Assembly (NCBI RefSeq): GCF_009834535.1
Contig: NC_045696.1
Coordinates: forward strand, 33,854,001-33,918,000
Direction: 5' to 3'
DNA: 64,000 nt
DNA from: Camelus ferus
Taxonomy: Eukaryota
Of the stretch, positions 26,270 to 38,383 are shown one piece after another (the first letter of the stretch is position 1; each line of letters starts with the position of its first letter). Position numbers and translations under genes: made by a program. The notes below the pieces were generated by a model that was given only the letters and a program-made list of their open reading frames with translations, was not told the DNA's origin and searched no databases.

Positions 26270-26740
26270 TGTTACCAAGGGCAAGTTTGTGTGCCCCACA
26301 CCATAAGGCCAAACAAACTGATACATAGGAGTTTGGAGCAGAGAAATGTTTATTGCAGGGCCAAGCAAGGAGGACCGGGTAGCTAATGCCCCAAGAAAAC
26401 CACAAACTCCCAGAAAGATTTCAGCAAAGCATATTTAAAGGCCAGGTGAGGGACGGGGTTGCAGAGTACATGATCTGCTTGTGCACAATTCTCTGGTTGG
26501 TTGATGCTGAGGGAACAAGACGGTCAACACTATCAACCCTTAGGTGCCAGGTCTGAGGGCCATGTGCTCTCAATCATCAAGCAGTAAATTTCTTCCCTTT
26601 GGTGGTAGTTTTATGCATCTGAAAAACTTAGGAAATATACATGAGATACTATTAACTGGGTGCTTCAGTGAGGAGCTGCAGCAGAGGACATGGGGGAGGG
26701 TCTGACCCTGGAGGGCCCCACAGGCTCCTGCTCAGCTACA
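26270..26740 (-). mobile_element. 3' LTR of the provirus
   Basis: Preceded on the minus strand by PPT AAAGAAAAGGGGGCAAT (plus 26741-26757); AATAAA on minus at 26349-26354. Confidence 0.93.
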
Positions 26741-27059
26741 ATTGCCCCCTTTTCTTTGATAATCCTCAATCTTGAGAAGAACAGGTATTGGACAAGAAAG
26801 GAAATAATGTTTTGGACGGAGAAGTTAAAGATAAATTCAGCAGAGGAACCTAGTTTTAGTAGGAACTTGGTTGCAGTCTCCAATTCTATTTCATCCTTCC
26901 CCAGAGCTTTCAGGGAATGGGAATGATGACCTCTCTGGCTACTTCCTGCTGAAAAGGGACATAGTCCTGCCTCATTGTGGGGGATGGACACTGAACTGAA
27001 AAACATACCTGCATTTCAAGTCCTGGACCTGAGTATTGTATGATTAAGATCCCAGGCCT

Positions 27060-27395
27060 TTACTCGACCCTTTTGGTGCCAACAGACCCAATTAGAAATC
27101 ACTGGAAGAGTAACAACCAGAACTTTAATAGACAAAATAGAGCCCATTCCCCATTCCCAGAGGAATTCAGGAGAATGAGCCTGAAAACCAGTCTGGAACT
27201 GGTACTTTAGGGGAGGTTGTAGCCAAGTGGCCAGTTGCCTACTTTAATCTAAGTAGGTTCTAACTTCTGATGTGGTATTAACATATACATATGGACATAA
27301 CATATACATATACATATGGAGCTATTGGACATCACACATCTCCTTTCTTTAGTTACCATCTGATCTAAAACAATTTTATTGTCTAAAATTTAATA
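27060..27395 (-). pseudogene. env: Decayed retroviral env TM region (immunosuppressive-domain-like through membrane anchor)
   Basis: Manual translation across frameshifts: ILDNKIVLDQMVTKERRCVMSNSS / VYVNTTSEVRTYLD*SRQLATWLQ / VPDWFSGSFS*IPLGMG / SILSIKVLVVTLPVI, resembling the LDNRIALD..GGVC..CC.YINTSG..WL..W pattern of gamma-type TM. Confidence 0.7.
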
Positions 27396-30300
27396 CTTAC
27401 AAGAGGAGACCTTGAAGTCAAAGGTTGCAGCTGCCAGCAGGCAGCTGCTTTGAGCATGACTGGTGGTCTCCCAAGTATGACACAGCTCAGAAAATTTGAG
27501 TTCTCCATGATATAAGAACATGTCTGAAATCGCGCCCCCAATGGTCACCTAGTTCTACCTTGAAGTCTGAATCACAGCTACTCTGTTTAGACTTTTAAAT
27601 GCACTCCCCTCCTCAAGGCCAAAGCAGATGTACAGTGCATGTCCCAAAGGCCATAAAATATCCTCCTTTGGTCAGTAACAATTCACCATGTATAAGCCAG
27701 AATGACTTCCCCATACCTCAATATGTGCATATTTTTCCATCACTTACCCTTTTGACTGCAAATCTTTCAAAAGAAAGCACTGACAATCAATATATTCATC
27801 CCTCGATGCTGGGGTGATGGCTCCCACACAGGTTCAGATCATGCCCCTCAGTGCTAGGCCCCCTTCATATCTGCCTAGTTGTCCATGTTGGGAGAAAACT
27901 AATCAGGTATCGTGAACAGGCTTAAAGGCACATTAATGAGGAAACAGGTTATAGGCCATATTTTATCACTTACACCCAAGTGTTACACCAGCATTATAGG
28001 TGTGCTTTTAGCAAGAGACTTAGAGCAAGCATTATTGTTCATCATGAGTAGTTATACTCTGTGACAACTCCGTTAGAGAATTCTCTTTCTATTCTAAACA
28101 TTTGGAGCCAACAGTGTGGTTGGAAGTAAAACAGATAGGGAGACAAACATCTGATAAACAATTCAACTTCAAAATGTAGATTAAAAGCTAGTAATATTTC
28201 AGACAAAGCCAAAACAATTATAACCATATTCACCAGTTTACTCAATCCTATGTAATTCTTTTTACTAACAGTTCTACGAAATCAGTTTTCACCAAGACTT
28301 CTAAATACCTTGGCCAGTTCAGCAGTATGATTTAAGAGAAAACTGTACTTGTCAAAAAGTCCCTTTTGTGAAACTTACTGATATGAAGCAGTTTTGCAAA
28401 GCATTGGTTGAACTGTCTATAAATGACAAAAGACTTAAAAAAGGCAAGGGTAAAGATCTGGTTACAACATTTTTGACAAAGAATTTTAGTCCAGTTCCTA
28501 TGGCATACAACATTTAAAGACAACAACAAGACTGGAACTAGAGTTATGACTGGAACAAGTAGAATTATGACTGATAGCGTCACACCAGGACATAGCTAAA
28601 CTTCGGAAACCTTATATAACTTCCAGAGCATCTATATTAATAACACTTATCACTATCATATAATCTGAGGAGGCTTATCACTCATTTGACTATGCCATGT
28701 AATTTAACATATCAATCAATCCTAGTTAGTTTAATATTTCCCTCTGAGATGTCTCAGGGGTCGTCTGAAGCCTCCCAAAGTTAGCTGAAGTCCAAAGAAC
28801 TTTGATTAGAATTTGATAGGAAGCTTGTTAACAACATCAAAAAGTTTCACACAATCTGTTATCAGAAGCATCTGTTATCACAAGCAATTAAATTTGTTCT
28901 CTTTAACAGAGAAGAAGCAGATCTAGTCCTGCATGTCTTTTTTTTTTTTTATAACAAAACCCATTTACCATTTACTTAAGTTTAATCTAATCTCAGTCCA
29001 ACCATGCACAAAACTCCTTTTTTAGGGGTCTCTTTCTATAAACCTTTCCCTTAACAAAATGTAATTCCATTCCTCATACTTTTTACTCAGAACATATATC
29101 CTACTTTCCTACTGTGTACTGAAATGTTTCCTTTGTTTTTAGTAGCTTTAATGGCACATTTAGATTAGAATCTTCAACTCTTAAAAACCTTAATTTCTAG
29201 TGAAAACCAAGAAGTAAGCAATTATGAACTGTCTTTTACATTAGCATTCTGTAGATTGGCAAACATAAATACCAATAATAATTTTTAAAAACATGTGCTT
29301 TTTATAGAAATCTCTGTGTGGCACCAAACATATTTAATAACAGTCCCAAACACCTTTAGTTTCTCTGTAAAGGGAAGCCAATGTTCAGTAAATAATGTTG
29401 CAGTATCTTATTTTGTTTGGGAGTGACCTGGCTAGTCAACAAACTTCCATCATTTAACACATTTAGCCCAAGTCTAAAATTTCAAGTATTCAAATATCTG
29501 GAGAAATAATCTTTAAGTAGACATTCCTAAAACAGAATTATTTCAAAAGAGTTCTCCCAAAAGCTTTTATGTTATTTGCATTTAATTTACTTAAGAATTT
29601 TGTCATACCAAGTTAATTGAATTTTTTTCTTTCTAGCAAATTCTACAACAGAAACAACAAGAACCTACTGACCTTCAGTAAATCTAGGTACAATAAAAGA
29701 CATGCCTATGTTGATTATGCAAAAAGCTTAAGTTAGACTTAATATCAGATATTAATTTAATATTGAATATGTCCTAGATCACATAAGCCTGAAATCTGGT
29801 GTCTAGCTTCTTTTATACTTATAAGTATTTAATTTGTAAGTGCTTACTTCTAAGTCAATTAGGTAGAGCTCTTTTACATATTAATTTTACATAAAGATAG
29901 AATCAGAGATCTCAGTTTTTCTGCCTGAGTTTGAAAAAACACTTCTTCCTTGAGAGCCCGGTGGATCATTTACATCGCAAAGGCACAGAAAGAGAAATAC
30001 AGATTCTTCCTCTAAGGGATCATATAAAACCCAATCATTTTGGCTATTTTCAGAGATTTTTTTTTTCCAGTTCCCAAATATCCACTTCAATATAAAGAAA
30101 TAACAGTAACAGATAATAATATATATATTATTCACTCATGTTCAGATGCTTCACTTTCAGCAAAACTAGGAAGAGAATAGGATTTGGACTCTGGTACCAA
30201 AACACTCATACACACACACACACACACACACTCCCCAGATAAAAGCCAAACTGCAAAAGGTCCACTTTGACATAATAGCAGAGCAGTTAGGGTCATTGTT

Positions 30301-31194
30301 CTCCAGATCTCAGGAAGTACTGAGGTCATACAATGTTATAATAAAAATATCATTTGCTTTCATTTATGAGAGCATAGCTGAAGATCTCTCAGTTTTGCAA
30401 AATACACTCTAGGTGGACTCCATAAGATGAAATAGAGCTCTATCATCCATACTTTTTTTTTTTTGATCATCCATACTTAATTATTCATGGCCAATGTTAT
30501 CAAATACCAAGCAAACAATTCAAAACGGTCTCTCAGAGTCACAGTTCCCTAGCCCATAAGGCAGATTCCTAACCAATGCCCCGTCAATCTAAAAGGGGAG
30601 AACCCCAACCAATGCCCCATCAGAGATGAAGCTGAATGAAAGACCAAGGCTAGAAAGGAAAAATCCTGACCAACGTTCCACCACAGAAGAGTCCAATGCA
30701 ATAGGGAAGGATACCTTGGTGTCATCACACGCCAGACCCATTGCTTAAAGATGTCTCAACTGACCAATGCAAGTTCTGAACACACATACAAACAACAAAC
30801 ATGGTCCCACAAAAAGATCAAAGTGTAGCCCCCAAATTCCACTTCCACTCCTGGATGGAAGTCTCCAAACAGATGGGCCCAGCTCCCAAAAGAGAACAGA
30901 CCCAGAGTGACTCTCCATGAGCCCAGAGTGGCTCAGTTTCCAGTGGGAATGAGCCCAAAATGGAGTGGAGAGAATTCCCAGCCTGTACAAGCTGGAGCGA
31001 CTCACCACCAGGCGACACCGAATGCAGACCATAGCTCCTGATGGTTCTTGGCTCCAAATAGCTTCATGCCGTTGGGCAGCTGGAGCCTGTCGGAGACAGT
31101 CCCTCCTGGTTCCCCAGAACCAAGTGAGCTCCTGCAGCTGCTGGGACCCGGGAAAGGGGCTGCCCTTGGCAGGGGTCTGCTTGCCAGGAGCATA

Positions 31195-31215
31195 GACTCC
31201 TCTGCTAGCTCACCA
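31195..31215 (-). promoter_or_regulatory. Primer binding site, tRNA-Arg(ACG)-like
   Basis: Minus strand TGGTGAGCTAGCAGAGGAGTC, 4 nt after the 5' LTR, versus TGGCGAGCCAGCCAGGAGTC expected from tRNA-Arg(ACG) 3' end. Confidence 0.8.
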
Positions 31216-31219
31216 AAAT

Positions 31220-31705
31220 TGTTACGCAACGTAAGTTCCTGTGCCTGCTGCACCGGGGTGGGGGTGGGGGGCAAACAAACTGAAACATCGAAGTTTGGAG
31301 CAGAGAAATGTTTAATGCAGGGCTGAGCAAGGAGGACCGGGTGGCTTATGCCCAAGAAAACCACAAACTCCTGAAGGGTTTCAGCAAAGCATATTTAAAG
31401 GCCAGGTGAGGGAGGCGGGTCACAGAGGGCATTATCCGCCCATGCAAAATTCTCTGATTGGTTGATGTTGGGGGAACAGGGAGGTCAACACCACCAACCC
31501 CTAGGTGCCAGGAGATCTTGGGGCTACACGCTCTCCATCATCAAGCAGTAAATTTTTTCCCTTTGGTGATGGTTTTAAGCATCTGAAAATCTCAGGAAAT
31601 ATACATGAGATATTATTATCTGAGTACTTCAGAGAGGAGCTACAGCAGAGGATATGGGGGAGGGGTCTGACCCTGGAAGGCCCCACAGGGTCCTGCTCGG
31701 TTACA
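31220..31705 (-). mobile_element. 5' LTR of the provirus
   Basis: Roughly 85-87% identical to 26270-26740 by hand alignment; followed by PBS; CCAAT at 31457-31461 and TTTAAA TATA-like box at 31394-31399 on the minus strand. Confidence 0.93.
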
Positions 31706-32639
31706 CATGATTATACATTTATGAAGCTAAAGCACTGCGATATGAAATGAAAGGTTAGTTCATTAACTAAACATTAACATCTAAGTGAAATTAAGCATCT
31801 AGATATTCTAAATAATGGGATATTCGCGTGTTACAAAGAATTGAGAGTATTGTCCGCCTCACATTTCAATATACATCTTTCAGCATTGTCCAGGTAAAAG
31901 CAAAATAATAATACAAGTCCCATAAATATGAAATTAGAAATATCCTTCTAATATATTTACATATGAAGTCTCTAAAATTCTGTCTAAAATTTAGCAGATT
32001 TGTCTAATTAATCCCAGCACACTTGCCAATCTTATATAAGATTGTTCTTTTTACATCATTTATAGAAATTGGCATTCACGTGTTTCTAATATCTCATAAA
32101 CACTAAAAATTCTTGCTGCTGTCTGTTTATTAGGTTTGGGTAAATTTTTAAAGAACGTATTCCAATCAGCTGCGCTATTGTCATGGCTTATGATGATACT
32201 GTAGAAAATTTTCTAATATTTTTGTTAGCAATATCAATAGCATTTTTATCATCTTCCAATATAACATAAAGTTTCAAATTTATTGCAACTATCTTAGCTA
32301 ACTTGAAAAAAGAAAGAAAAAGAAAAAACAAGATTGAAAAAGTAACCAGCTCACAGATAAGCACTTTTCATGTGTACATGCTGTTCTGGAACAGGGCCTT
32401 TCAATCGTGGCCTCTGAAACTTGAGACAAGGACAAAACCTCAGCTGCAGGGGTTTTTGACCTTGCTTATTACGAGGCTTGAAGGGCTCAGCGATAGGAGG
32501 GATTTTTTTCCAGCCTATTTGCCCAAGTTCTTTACAATTACTTTCTTAATACATCGCCCTGCTCTGGTACCTGACCACCTACGCAGGCTTCAGTCAATCA
32601 CATGTTTCAGTGCCCTTCTCTGCCTCTGACTTTACCCCC

Positions 32640-33003
32640 TGTCTTAGTCCATTCGGGCTGCTACAGCAAATTACCATAGATCGGGTGCCTTATGAACAGA
32701 AATTTATTTCTTACAGTTTTGGAGGCCGAGAAGTCTGAGATCAAGGCACCAGCACATTCAGCTTCTGGTGAGAAACCGCTCCCTGCTTCAAAGATGGCTG
32801 TCTTCTTGCCCTGTCCTCACCTGGTAGAGGTTTGAGTGAGCACTCCCAGGTCTCTTTTATGAGAACACTAACCCCATTCAGGAGGGCTCCATCCTTAAGA
32901 CCTAATCATTTTTAATCACCTCTCAAAAGCCCCACCTACCAATACCATCACATTAGGTTTCAACAGATAAATTTTGTGGGGACATAAACATTCAGTCCAT
33001 GCA
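32640..33003 (-). mobile_element. MLT1A0-type MaLR solo LTR
   Basis: TGTCTTAGTCCATTCGGGCTGCTA ... GGGGACATAAACATTCAGTCCATGCA, full length. Confidence 0.92.
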
Positions 33004-33404
33004 CTCCTTTACCCTAGTTCCTTTTGCACATTCTACACATTTCAGGAAACAGTTGCCTCATTGAAAAAGGGCATAGTGAAATTAATACACGAATACCATT
33101 ATCAGAAAACCCCACTGTAAAAAGCCATCTAATTCAATTATCTTTCCAACTGAAGAATGTCACCATGCCATAGTATCAAATAATTGTTTCCCAATATGGG
33201 TGTTTTCTACAGTTAGCAAAAAAATACCATTTCCAAAATGAGGTTGTACCTAAAAGTGGTTTCTTCTCAACTAGCCAAAAATTTGATTGTTGTGAGTCTT
33301 ACAATCAAATTCAATTACGTATACTCCCTAATTTAAATAGTTCAGGGATTTTTTTGTTTAACCACTTCACAGTCACTATCTATTATCATTTATTATATTG
33401 GCAA

Positions 33405-34047
33405 ATATCCAGTGATGAGACAGAAAACTCACCAGTTATTCTAACAGATAATAGAAAGAACTGTTAATAGATACAAAGCTGACATAGGTTCAAAGGCAAA
33501 CATGGAGCACTGGGTAACCACAGAGGTAACAACTGCAGGAAACAGTACCACCTGTACGGCTAGGGAAACAAAAGACAGAATTCTTAACACTCAGAAGCTC
33601 TGATGAGCGGCCTCTCAGCTGGCGCTGGTTCTCAGCTCAGAAAAGGGACGTTGAGGGGCTAGAATTCAGACCTCTGAGGAGAAGGTACTAGCTCACCGGC
33701 TTTGGTGTTTCTGAAAAGCTGCAGAAGAGGCTGGTTCTAAAAGTATTTTAAAAACTGCAAACTGGATTCAGCTGCTGCTATTGGAACAAACCATCGCTGT
33801 AGGGTGAAGAAGGAAGCTGGAAAGAGACTGACAGCAGTAGAAAACCAGTAGAGCAAAGGGGAAACAGCAAGTCCCTTTTTCTTTTTCTAGCTTTTTGGCC
33901 TTTCTTTAGCATCCCACTCAGGGAGTTCAACAGGGAGCCAGCTGCCAACCCAAAAACGTGGTTTGTAGCATCCCAGCCCAGCAGTAATGAAGACGCCTAC
34001 GGCGGTGGGTGTTGAAACTGAGAGACAATCACTAAATAACTGTCACA
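33405..34047 (-). mobile_element. LTR41-type ERVL LTR
   Basis: Right end AACAGGGAGCCAGCTG...GTGGTTTG...CTGAGAGACAAT...AATAACTGTCACA is the reverse complement of the LTR41 5' end. Confidence 0.75.
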
Positions 34048-34394
34048 CTTACTTCACTGTGTTTTTAATTCTTTGTGTAAATCCCTTCAGCCTAAAAATT
34101 TCTCCTGAAAAGCAGGAAGTATATGTGTATCCCTCCCACTATCTGCCGTAGTACTTAATATACAGTTCCTATTAAATAAGTATATGGTAAAGGTATAACA
34201 GCCTATATTTATCCCTGTTTGATATTATTCTGTTAGATACATCAATTATCCTAGTTTGCAGAATGTGATTTCCCCCGACTCCCGCCACCCCAAATAATAC
34301 TGGGTCTGTTGGTTATCATTGCCAGCTTTGGGGTCATCAGCAGATTTAATATGCATTACCTGTTTTCACAAGAAATTTATGTGAAATATATTGC

Positions 34395-34580
34395 AAAAGT
34401 CCTCTAACTTGAGAGAACATAAAGACCACCTGGAGAGCTAGTTCAGCATGGGTTCCCGGGCCCTAACCCCAGAGATTCTGACTCAGCAAGCCCTGAGTAG
34501 GACTTGGGAACTTCTGATTCTAACAGGTGCACAGGTACACCAATGTAGTCCACCCCTGAGCCACATTTTTATTTACACTG
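34395..34580. mobile_element. MER5A hAT MITE
   Basis: CACCTGGAGAGCT.GTT, CCCCAGAGATTCTGACTCAG. Confidence 0.7.
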
Positions 34581-35399
34581 CTTTAATAAAAGATCGGAAT
34601 GTAGCAGTCTTTAAAGCTGGTTTGCACTTTAGTTCAATCAAGCATTTATTGGACACATAGTATATACAAATCACCCTGTTGGGAATTGCAAAAAAATCCA
34701 GCAACAAGTAAGATATGTTCTCTCAAAAAGTTTATAATTTAATAACTTAGTAGAACATCTAGAAGCAATAAATAGGAACTAAAACAGAATAATTAAAGTT
34801 CTCGGGGACATACAGAGGAAGAAGTAATAATCAGAAATAGTGGCTTTTTTGTTTAATTTGTTTAAAATACAGCAGTGGACTTTGGGAAGTTGATTATTAT
34901 TAATGTTGTACTCATTTCTATTGGTTCCTAATAGATGGATAATATGATGGGAGCATCCCATTCACACATCAGCAGCATCTGGCTTCAAATCTTTCTTTTG
35001 TACTTGATCTCCATCACTTACGCTCTTTTGGAGACTACCCTTCACCCAGATCTCCTCTATTATATTCTTTATAACAGAAGTTTTTAAGAAATCAAAATAG
35101 GGCAAGAAACATTGAAATAAGCTTCTGAAAGGGGAGTGAAGGAGAAAAGTGGAGGAGCTGAGGATTCCCCTCTTCCTCTGTGGCTCCAAAATGCCAGAAC
35201 TTTATCATCAGAACACCAGGCGTTTCCCTCCACACGTGTCTACAGACCACAGCGTCATGACCACAGACTGTGTTACATGTAGCCAGGTCTTCTGTTCAGA
35301 AAGAGGGGTCGGGCCAGTGAAATGACGAGGATCAAGTAGGTCAAACCAGTCCTTCTGCAATCAAGTACTGGGGGGAAATGTCAGCTTAAATCCAATACC

Positions 35400-35632
35400 A
35401 TGGGCTCACAGCTTTGGATCCTGTTTCCCTCGATTCAAATTTTGGATCCCTTAAATTTTAGTTGAGCCCCGAGTGAGTGATTTAAATGCTGTGCCTCAAT
35501 TTCCTTGCCTGTAAGATGGAAATTAACATAGCATCTCTTTCATAGGATTGTTTTGAGGATTTAATGCATTAATTCAGGTAAAGCACTAAAAAGCATCTGA
35601 CAGATAGGCATTCAACACATCTTAGTTGTTAT
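35400..35632 (+). mobile_element. MIR SINE
   Basis: TGTGCCTCAATTTCCTT.CCTGTAAGATGG, CATAGGATTGTTTTGAGGATT core. Confidence 0.8.
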
Positions 35633-37359
35633 CCAACTGTTTTCCTGTAGATCAATCAATAACATCATCTTCCACAGAGTATAGTTGGTCTTTTTACCAA
35701 AAAGATGCTATTTTAAGACCACCGATTTTGGGGGGAGTGTATTAGTTGTATGTCTTTGAAAATGAGTGAAAAAAATTTTTTTTAATATTATGGTGTATTA
35801 TTGACATATTATGTCTATCCCCTTTGTTTTTCCTTCTGTTATCGAGAAAGGGGAAACAATTAGGTACAAGAATAATTTAAATAGAAAGATATTTGGATGA
35901 GTAATGTGATAGATTATAAAAGTTCACAAACATTTCAAAGAACATGAATATAGTGTGAGCACTATTTGATCTCAGTTTGAAATAATATGCAGAATGCTAA
36001 CCATCTGTACACTATTGAACAAGCATTCGTATTCTTGTTTTATGCTTCTGTTGTACCTTTAATCTTTTATTCCCTATTATTTTGTTAAAATATCAAAGAG
36101 CATTGAACAAGCCATTATTATGATCTAAAATCCTTCCACCTGATAATTAATTGTGATTGAAACATGGTAAAAATGGTGCCTAGTACTTAGCAACACTAGA
36201 TATGATCATTGTAAGGTGATAAGTTACAGTCATTTAGATCTGGTCCAGATCACTAAACAGTGAGTTAGACTTAATGTCCTTCTTAAAAATGACTTTGTAT
36301 ATTTGACACTTGTTTGGCAAAACTATCTCCTTGACTTCTTCACCAAAAAAGGATTCTCTCACAAATAACAGTATTTAGGACACACTGTCTTGATGTATGG
36401 ATACTATATTCCCTTTCTCACTGCATATGTTTTTGGGAGAGGTAACTTAAAACAGGTAGGCATAAGGATGTGTGTCTGCACATGCATGTGTGCGTGCTTC
36501 CCCATCCTGATATATCCTGCTGCTTCTGTATATCCAGATATTTTTAACATGGGGATGTTCTCTCTTCTCTTCATTCTCGTGGTACCTAACTGTAAACTGC
36601 AGAAGTTACTTTCAGATCTTGTAGTAGGAGGAGGGAGGTCCTGAGTCCCTCATGATCCATGTAAGTCAGTACTTCTCAACTTGACTGAATATTGGAATCT
36701 CCTGGGATTTTTTGGTACAATCTTCCCAGGTGATTATAAAGAGTAGCCAAGTTTGCAGGCCATTAGTTTAAAACTAACAACTCATTATTTTGTTTTATCC
36801 CCACATTCTTGCCCCTTTTGCATCCAAACCATGTTACCTGGGTCCTACCAACCTCTGATTAAGACCCATATTGAGTTCATTAGTGATGGCAAGAAGATTT
36901 TCCCTTTTATCCTGTAGCAGTGAGCGTATTTGAGGGATATCTTCTTAATTCAAAGGAATCAGTAATTGTCTGTGCCAGTTGTATATAAGGCATCATGCTA
37001 GCAGCCACTGCAAATACAAGGATGAATCTGATAGAGCATTTGCAATCAAGGAGCTTGACATTTGTGGAAAGAGACAAACATATGAGCAAATATTTTTCGT
37101 ATCAGAAAAGCTTTAATGCCGATTTCTCAACACTGGCTGCACATTTGAATCACCTGGTAAGTTTAAAAAAGAATTACTGATGGCCATTCCCACCCCCAGA
37201 AATACTCATATTAAATCTGGACTGCATCAGAAGTCTTTAAGTGTCCCTCCAGTGAGTGATTCTCCAGGCTTCAGAGCAATAAAACAAAGTGCTGTGACAG
37301 TGGGGAAAGGTACGTTCTTTGAGGAAAAGATAGCATTCAACAGTAAGAGAAACTGCCCA

Positions 37360-37830
37360 CCATGAGCTTACTATATACTCAAATCTTTACATGATTTAAC
37401 TCATCTAGTCATCACAGTCATCCTTAAAATAGTGCTACAATGATTTTTTTTTTTAATAACCAAGCAAACTAAGTCATAGAAAAATTAAGTAACTTACCCC
37501 AGGCTAACTGTGTGGTGGAGTCCAAACTAGAACCCAGGGAATCTGACTTCAAGACTTGTTCTCTCAAATACTATGCTGTTCTTCCTGAGGAATGGGAATT
37601 TAAGAAGAAAATGAATGGCAAAATATTGCAGGCAAACAGCATGGAGTAATGTTTACAGGCGGGGGCCCGGCTGCCAGTCTTGTGCCTGTTTGAATCCTGG
37701 CTCTCCCGGGAACATCACTCACTGGCCACTTACCTAGCTTCTCTGTGTCTCAGTGTCCGCATCTGTACAATGGGGATGATGAGAGCCCTTGTTCCAGGGT
37801 TGTTGTGAGGATTAAATGAGTTACTACATT
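37360..37830. mobile_element. Two MIR fragments in opposite orientation
   Basis: Minus copy about 37360-37580 (TTAAGTAACTTACCC, GAACCCAGG..TCTGACTTCA); plus copy about 37640-37830 (TCTGTGTCTCAGT..ATCTGTACAATGGGGAT, GGGTTGTTGTGAGGATTAAATGAG). Confidence 0.75.
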
Positions 37831-38075
37831 AATATTAGCAACCGTAATTATTGTTCTGAGGAGAAGAAAAACTCCTAGGGGAGCTGACATGCTGGCTGTG
37901 GTGGTGAGGAATCCAGTGCGCTAGGTGATGGGGAGTGGAGGGGCCCATAGTTAGCATGACAGTCATTCTAGGTTTACACCTATTGTCTTGTTGTAACACC
38001 TGATAGCTCCTGTTTTTCCCTTGCATGTGTCCTGGTTGTAACAATAAAAAGAAGATCTACCATGGCTATAATATC

Positions 38076-38383
38076 CAGGCAGACCCCGTTTTATTGTGCT
38101 ACACAGTTACTGCAATTTGTTCAAATTGGTTTGTGACAACCCTGACTTGTCAGATAACAGCATTTTTTTAGCAATAAAATATTTTTAATTAACATGTATA
38201 CATGGGTTTTTTTTAAGACATAATATTATTTCATACTTAATAGACTCCAGGATTGCATAAACATAATTTTTATATATACTGGGAAACCAAAAAAGAAAAA
38301 AATTATGTAACTTGCTTTATTGTTGTATTCGCTTTATTGCAGGGGTCTGGAACCAAACTCACCCTTTCTCTGAGGTACGCCTG
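38076..38383. mobile_element. Tigger1-derived MITE (Tigger1a_Art-like)
   Basis: CAGGCAGACCCCGTTTTATTG ... GAGGTACGCCTG-TA; internal junction GCAACCCTG..TTGTCAGAT as in the artiodactyl deletion derivative. Confidence 0.85.

Larger units (their letters stand above)
26270..31705 (-). mobile_element. Complete two-LTR ERV1-class provirus, non-autonomous (no gag/pol ORF), with env relic
   Basis: Two homologous LTRs (26270-26740, 31220-31705), TG..CA ends, 4-bp TSD CGTG/CATG (CpG decay), PBS and PPT in the correct positions. Confidence 0.93.

Noticed and set aside
30745..31364. Cluster of overlapping ORFs in the ERV leader as possible gag
   Set aside because: No MA/CA/zinc-knuckle motifs; GC-rich leader/LTR sequence yields chance ORFs.
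33895..33925. LTR41-borne CTCF site
   Set aside because: The position corresponding to the consensus motif is heavily mutated (TTAGCATCCCACTCAGG).
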